Part shown: positions 17,310 through 20,000 of the stretch, piece after piece
Position numbering within the stretch: the stretch's first letter is position 1
Layout: the number at the start of each line of letters is the position of its first letter
Notes under the pieces: model-generated
Seen by the model: only the letters and a program-made list of their open reading frames with translations
Told to the model about the DNA's origin: nothing
The model's database searches: none
Virus record (IMG/VR): IMGVR_UViG_3300030333_003802
Location: 51,659-71,658 of that record
From: an uncultured virus (IMG/VR IMGVR_UViG_3300030333_003802)
Taxonomy: Duplodnaviria > Heunggongvirae > Uroviricota > Caudoviricetes
DNA length: 20,000 bases
Reading direction: 5' to 3' (one strand)
Translations under genes and position numbers: made by a program

Positions 17310-18211
17310 AGGTAAGCGGGTTTAGTGGATAGCGTCTACTTGTAAAAAAGGAAACCCAGTAACAAGATAGGCTTACCTAGATTTGTCCTAATCAGACATT
17401 AAATGATTCGGTTGTATATAATCGTTAAATAAACTTGGAAACAAGGATAAAGTGTTAACTTAGTCTGAAAGAGCTAATTTAATGCGACATTATTTATAGT
17501 GTTTAAGTATGCAATTGGAATACATAGAAAACTATTAAGTAAGTCCTTCAAGGCGCTTAGTAGGAGTCTATATTGGTGCATCAACATCAATTGAGCTAGT
17601 AATAGCAACAGGAATAATCCATAGGATATGACATAATGGTGTAGGAGCCAGGTTGTTGTATTCAGTCGGTGTATAGATGCTTATGCGAAAGTGTAAGTAT
17701 AAGACAGCCAAGACCATGTAAACCTTTTCCTATAAGGAACATAGAAATGTGCTAATCAATAGATTTCTCAAAAGGAAGTCCTGATTGCTATTTCAAGCGC
17801 ACATTTCATTTGATAGTCTATTCAAAGCAAATAGTGATGAATAGCCGAGTTGATGGAGATGCTTGCATTTAAAGTCAATAGGCAGTATGACGAGTGATTG
17901 GCAAAACCAATCGGAAAAAGTCTTGAAACTTCTGAGAGCATAGAGCCCTCGAGTATCTTTGAAATAGAAGATTCGTAGTGAACCCCAAGTTCGCTAGGTA
18001 TTCCGAAATGTTATTCATTGGGAGGCATCCTAATAATAATTCAGTAGGGGTAGAAATAACTCAGAAGAAAGAGTGATAGGCGATACCTATTGGGCTTGAT
18101 ATAATACTTGGTGAATAAAAGCTAAGTGGATATGCCTCCTAACAAATAAGGGAGTTTTAGGAAAAATCCTAAGCTAAAGTTATATCATTGTAATCCGTAA
18201 TCTCAGGATTC
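17310..18211 (+). ncRNA. Giant structured ncRNA, GOLLD-like
   Basis: About 900 nt with no ORF, raised GC, many helices with G-U pairs, GNRA tetraloops, long-range and crossing pairings, and a terminal hairpin with a GUAAUCUCA loop. The family assignment rests on recollection of GOLLD size and 3' architecture, not on a search. Confidence 0.7.
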
Positions 18212-18250
18212 CAGTTTAAAACTTAAATAGATAAACAGAAAGAGGTAGAT

Positions 18251-18415
18251 ATGAAAGAACGAAAAGTTATATCAGTAAGTAAAAAAAGAAAAACTATGAT
18301 GGTAGTAGATGTTGAAACAGTACCAAAGAAAAAAAATAGAACAGGTAAGCCTTATAAAATTTCTACTACAAAACATATTAAACTTGATAAATCTCTGTTG
18401 AAAGAGGGTGAATAA
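18251..18415 (+). CDS. Small basic hypothetical protein (54 aa)
   Basis: Manual translation MKERKVISVSKKRKTMMVVDVETVPKKKNRTGKPYKISTTKHIKLDKSLLKEGE, with AGAGGT RBS. Confidence 0.65.
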   Translation: MKERKVISVSKKRKTMMVVDVETVPKKKNRTGKPYKISTTKHIKLDKSLLKEGE

Positions 18416-18416
18416 T

Positions 18417-18938
18417 ATGAAAGATTTAATAGCACCATTTAAAGAAAATGGTAGTCAAGGATATGATACAATGTTAAACTCTATGGCTTGGGCTAGAAGA
18501 ACTAAAGATAAACATGGTAAAATATATTATATGGTAATGTTTAGTAATAAATATATATATCATATAACTCCTAATGACTATTATGAAGAGACAGTAAAAA
18601 AGTTTAATACTATGTGGGATGATAATATTGTAGTAACAAATGAAGTTAAAGAGTATAGAAAACATTATAAAAGTTTACATACTATCCCACGTTATTTAAT
18701 GTGGAGAATAATAGATAAAAAGTTTACTAAAGTATCTTGGTTAGCGTTACATGAAGACCAAAATGGTAAACCTTATTATTTTATACCCAAAACTAAAGTG
18801 ATTCCATTTAAAACTGATACAAGATTTATCTTAAAGAAAAATTATTATATATTTCATCAAGATATAAATAAAAATGGAACTTTAAAGAATAAAGCAAGAT
18901 TATGGTTTCCAGTTAAACCATGGGCATTTCAGCCTTAG
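18417..18938 (+). CDS. Hypothetical protein
   Basis: About 173 aa, aromatic and basic. ATG at 18417 after GAGGG. Confidence 0.7.
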   Translation: MKDLIAPFKENGSQGYDTMLNSMAWARRTKDKHGKIYYMVMFSNKYIYHITPNDYYEETVKKFNTMWDDNIVVTNEVKEYRKHYKSLHTIPRYLMWRIIDKKFTKVSWLALHEDQNGKPYYFIPKTKVIPFKTDTRFILKKNYYIFHQDINKNGTLKNKARLWFPVKPWAFQP

Positions 18939-18941
18939 GAG

Positions 18942-19139
18942 GTGAAAGTAGTGAAAAAAGATGCTAGAGATTATTATGGATATAATGAATATTCCATATA
19001 TAATAAAGGTAGTGGTAAAGCAACAGCAATAGTTGGAGCTTTAAATAATTATAGAAGAACACATTGGTTTGTTAAATTAATGCAAGACACTCGTGCGTTC
19101 TTAAAGAAAAAAACTAGAATTAAGATTGAGAGGTATTAA
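18942..19139 (+). CDS. Hypothetical protein
   Basis: About 65 aa with AGGAGG immediately upstream. The true start may be the GTG at 18951. Confidence 0.6.
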   Translation: MKVVKKDARDYYGYNEYSIYNKGSGKATAIVGALNNYRRTHWFVKLMQDTRAFLKKKTRIKIERY

Positions 19140-19402
19140 TGTTAAGATTTACAGTTGGTAAAGACACTAAGACGTTAAAGATATTAAGACACTTAAAGAA
19201 ATATGGAAGTATTACTAGTTTAGATGCATTTGAAAATTATCGTGCAACAAGGCTAAGTGCTATTATATATAGACTTAGAGAAGAAGGCTTTGATATTGAT
19301 ACTAGAAGAATACAACACAAAGAAGCAAACTTTGGTAAGTATGTATTAGAAGACACTCAAAATAATAATCAATTATTATATGATTTAAGAAGGTTAATAT
19401 AA
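19139..19402 (+). CDS. Winged helix-turn-helix protein (HTH_39-like)
   Basis: ILRHLKKYGSITSLDAFENYRATRLSAIIYRLREEGFDI matches the common phage wHTH pattern. Confidence 0.8.
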   Translation: MLRFTVGKDTKTLKILRHLKKYGSITSLDAFENYRATRLSAIIYRLREEGFDIDTRRIQHKEANFGKYVLEDTQNNNQLLYDLRRLI

Positions 19403-19424
19403 TTCGTTTCTATAATAGCGACAA

Positions 19425-19490
19425 CAGGAAACTAAGAGGGAAGGTTTTAATATTGTCAAGAACCTATTTTTTCCTTCCCTTCTTAGCCTG
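19425..19490 (+). terminator. Hairpin between the HTH and nuclease genes
   Basis: CAGG..CTAAGAGGGAAGG pairs with CCTTCCCTTCTTAG.CCTG. Confidence 0.5.
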
Positions 19491-19498
19491 AATAGGTG

Positions 19499-19527
19499 TT
19501 GCATATAACCTGAAATATTCGTATATT
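19499..19527 (+). promoter_or_regulatory. Sigma70-type promoter
   Basis: TTGCAT-17 bp-TATATT, followed by a GGAGG RBS and ATG at 19544. Confidence 0.6.
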
Positions 19528-19543
19528 ATTGTCGGAGGAATCT

Positions 19544-20000
19544 ATGATAGACATACCAAAAATATATAACGAATACTTGCAAAAAAAGAGTGATGAGAAT
19601 CGTGAAAAGTATAAAGACCATTTAGGTTGGTTCTCAGCTAGTAGTGCTGGTAGTTGTTATAGAAAACAAATACATAGAACACAAGGTTTAGATGTCCCAG
19701 CATTAGATGAAAAGAGTGCTAGACTACTAAGACTTGGAACTCTTGTACACGCTGACTTTGAAGAAGCGATGAAAGATTACGACATACAAGAAAGAGCAGA
19801 TAAACCTGATGAATTACAAATTGTTACAGAACATAGAATAGAAATACCTGAACTTAATGTAGTAGGACACTTAGATGTAGGTGTTATCAATAGAGAAGGT
19901 GAAATGATTCATGTATACGATATAAAAACAGCAGGAGCTTGGAAATGGCGTATGAAGTTTGGTAGAAATCCAGACAAGAACCCAAGTGTGAACTATGAAT
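19544..20000 (+). CDS. PD-(D/E)XK / Cas4-like exonuclease (partial)
   Basis: Manual translation shows SASSAGSCYRK, GTLVH, E..I, GHLD and YDIKT. Open to the window end and absent from the ORF track. Confidence 0.85.
   Translation, partial: MIDIPKIYNEYLQKKSDENREKYKDHLGWFSASSAGSCYRKQIHRTQGLDVPALDEKSARLLRLGTLVHADFEEAMKDYDIQERADKPDELQIVTEHRIEIPELNVVGHLDVGVINREGEMIHVYDIKTAGAWKWRMKFGRNPDKNPSVNYE

Noticed and set aside
17310..18211. Group I/II intron, tmRNA, RNase P or rRNA identity for the large RNA
   Set aside because: No interrupted host ORF is evident. I could not find a group II domain V, tRNA-like ends or RNase P signature motifs by eye. A cmscan is needed to exclude these formally.
17153..18250. 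tRNA genes near the ncRNA
   Set aside because: No cloverleaf with a T-loop (GTTCRA) and acceptor stem was recognised.

Overview
AT-rich tailed dsDNA phage (Caudoviricetes) segment with two divergent arms. The minus strand (1-15368) carries the late module. In transcription order it runs: probable TerS, metallophosphoesterase, two tiny basic ORFs, TerL, holin, peptidoglycan-binding protein, M15 endolysin, P22-like portal, scaffold, major capsid, head-tail proteins and tail-fibre-like proteins. The plus strand (15534-20000) carries small early ORFs, an HTH protein and a PD-(D/E)XK/Cas4-like nuclease. The most notable signals are non-coding: (1) a ~900-nt densely base-paired, pseudoknotted, ORF-free element at ~17310-18211, most like a GOLLD-class giant ncRNA; (2) about ten DnaA boxes with partial 11-bp phasing near the strand switch (15963-16120); (3) several hairpins displaying anti-Shine-Dalgarno sequences, two of which are 11-12-nt perfect complements of specific early-gene RBSs in this window. 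All calls were made by eye; no database searches or folding programs were run.
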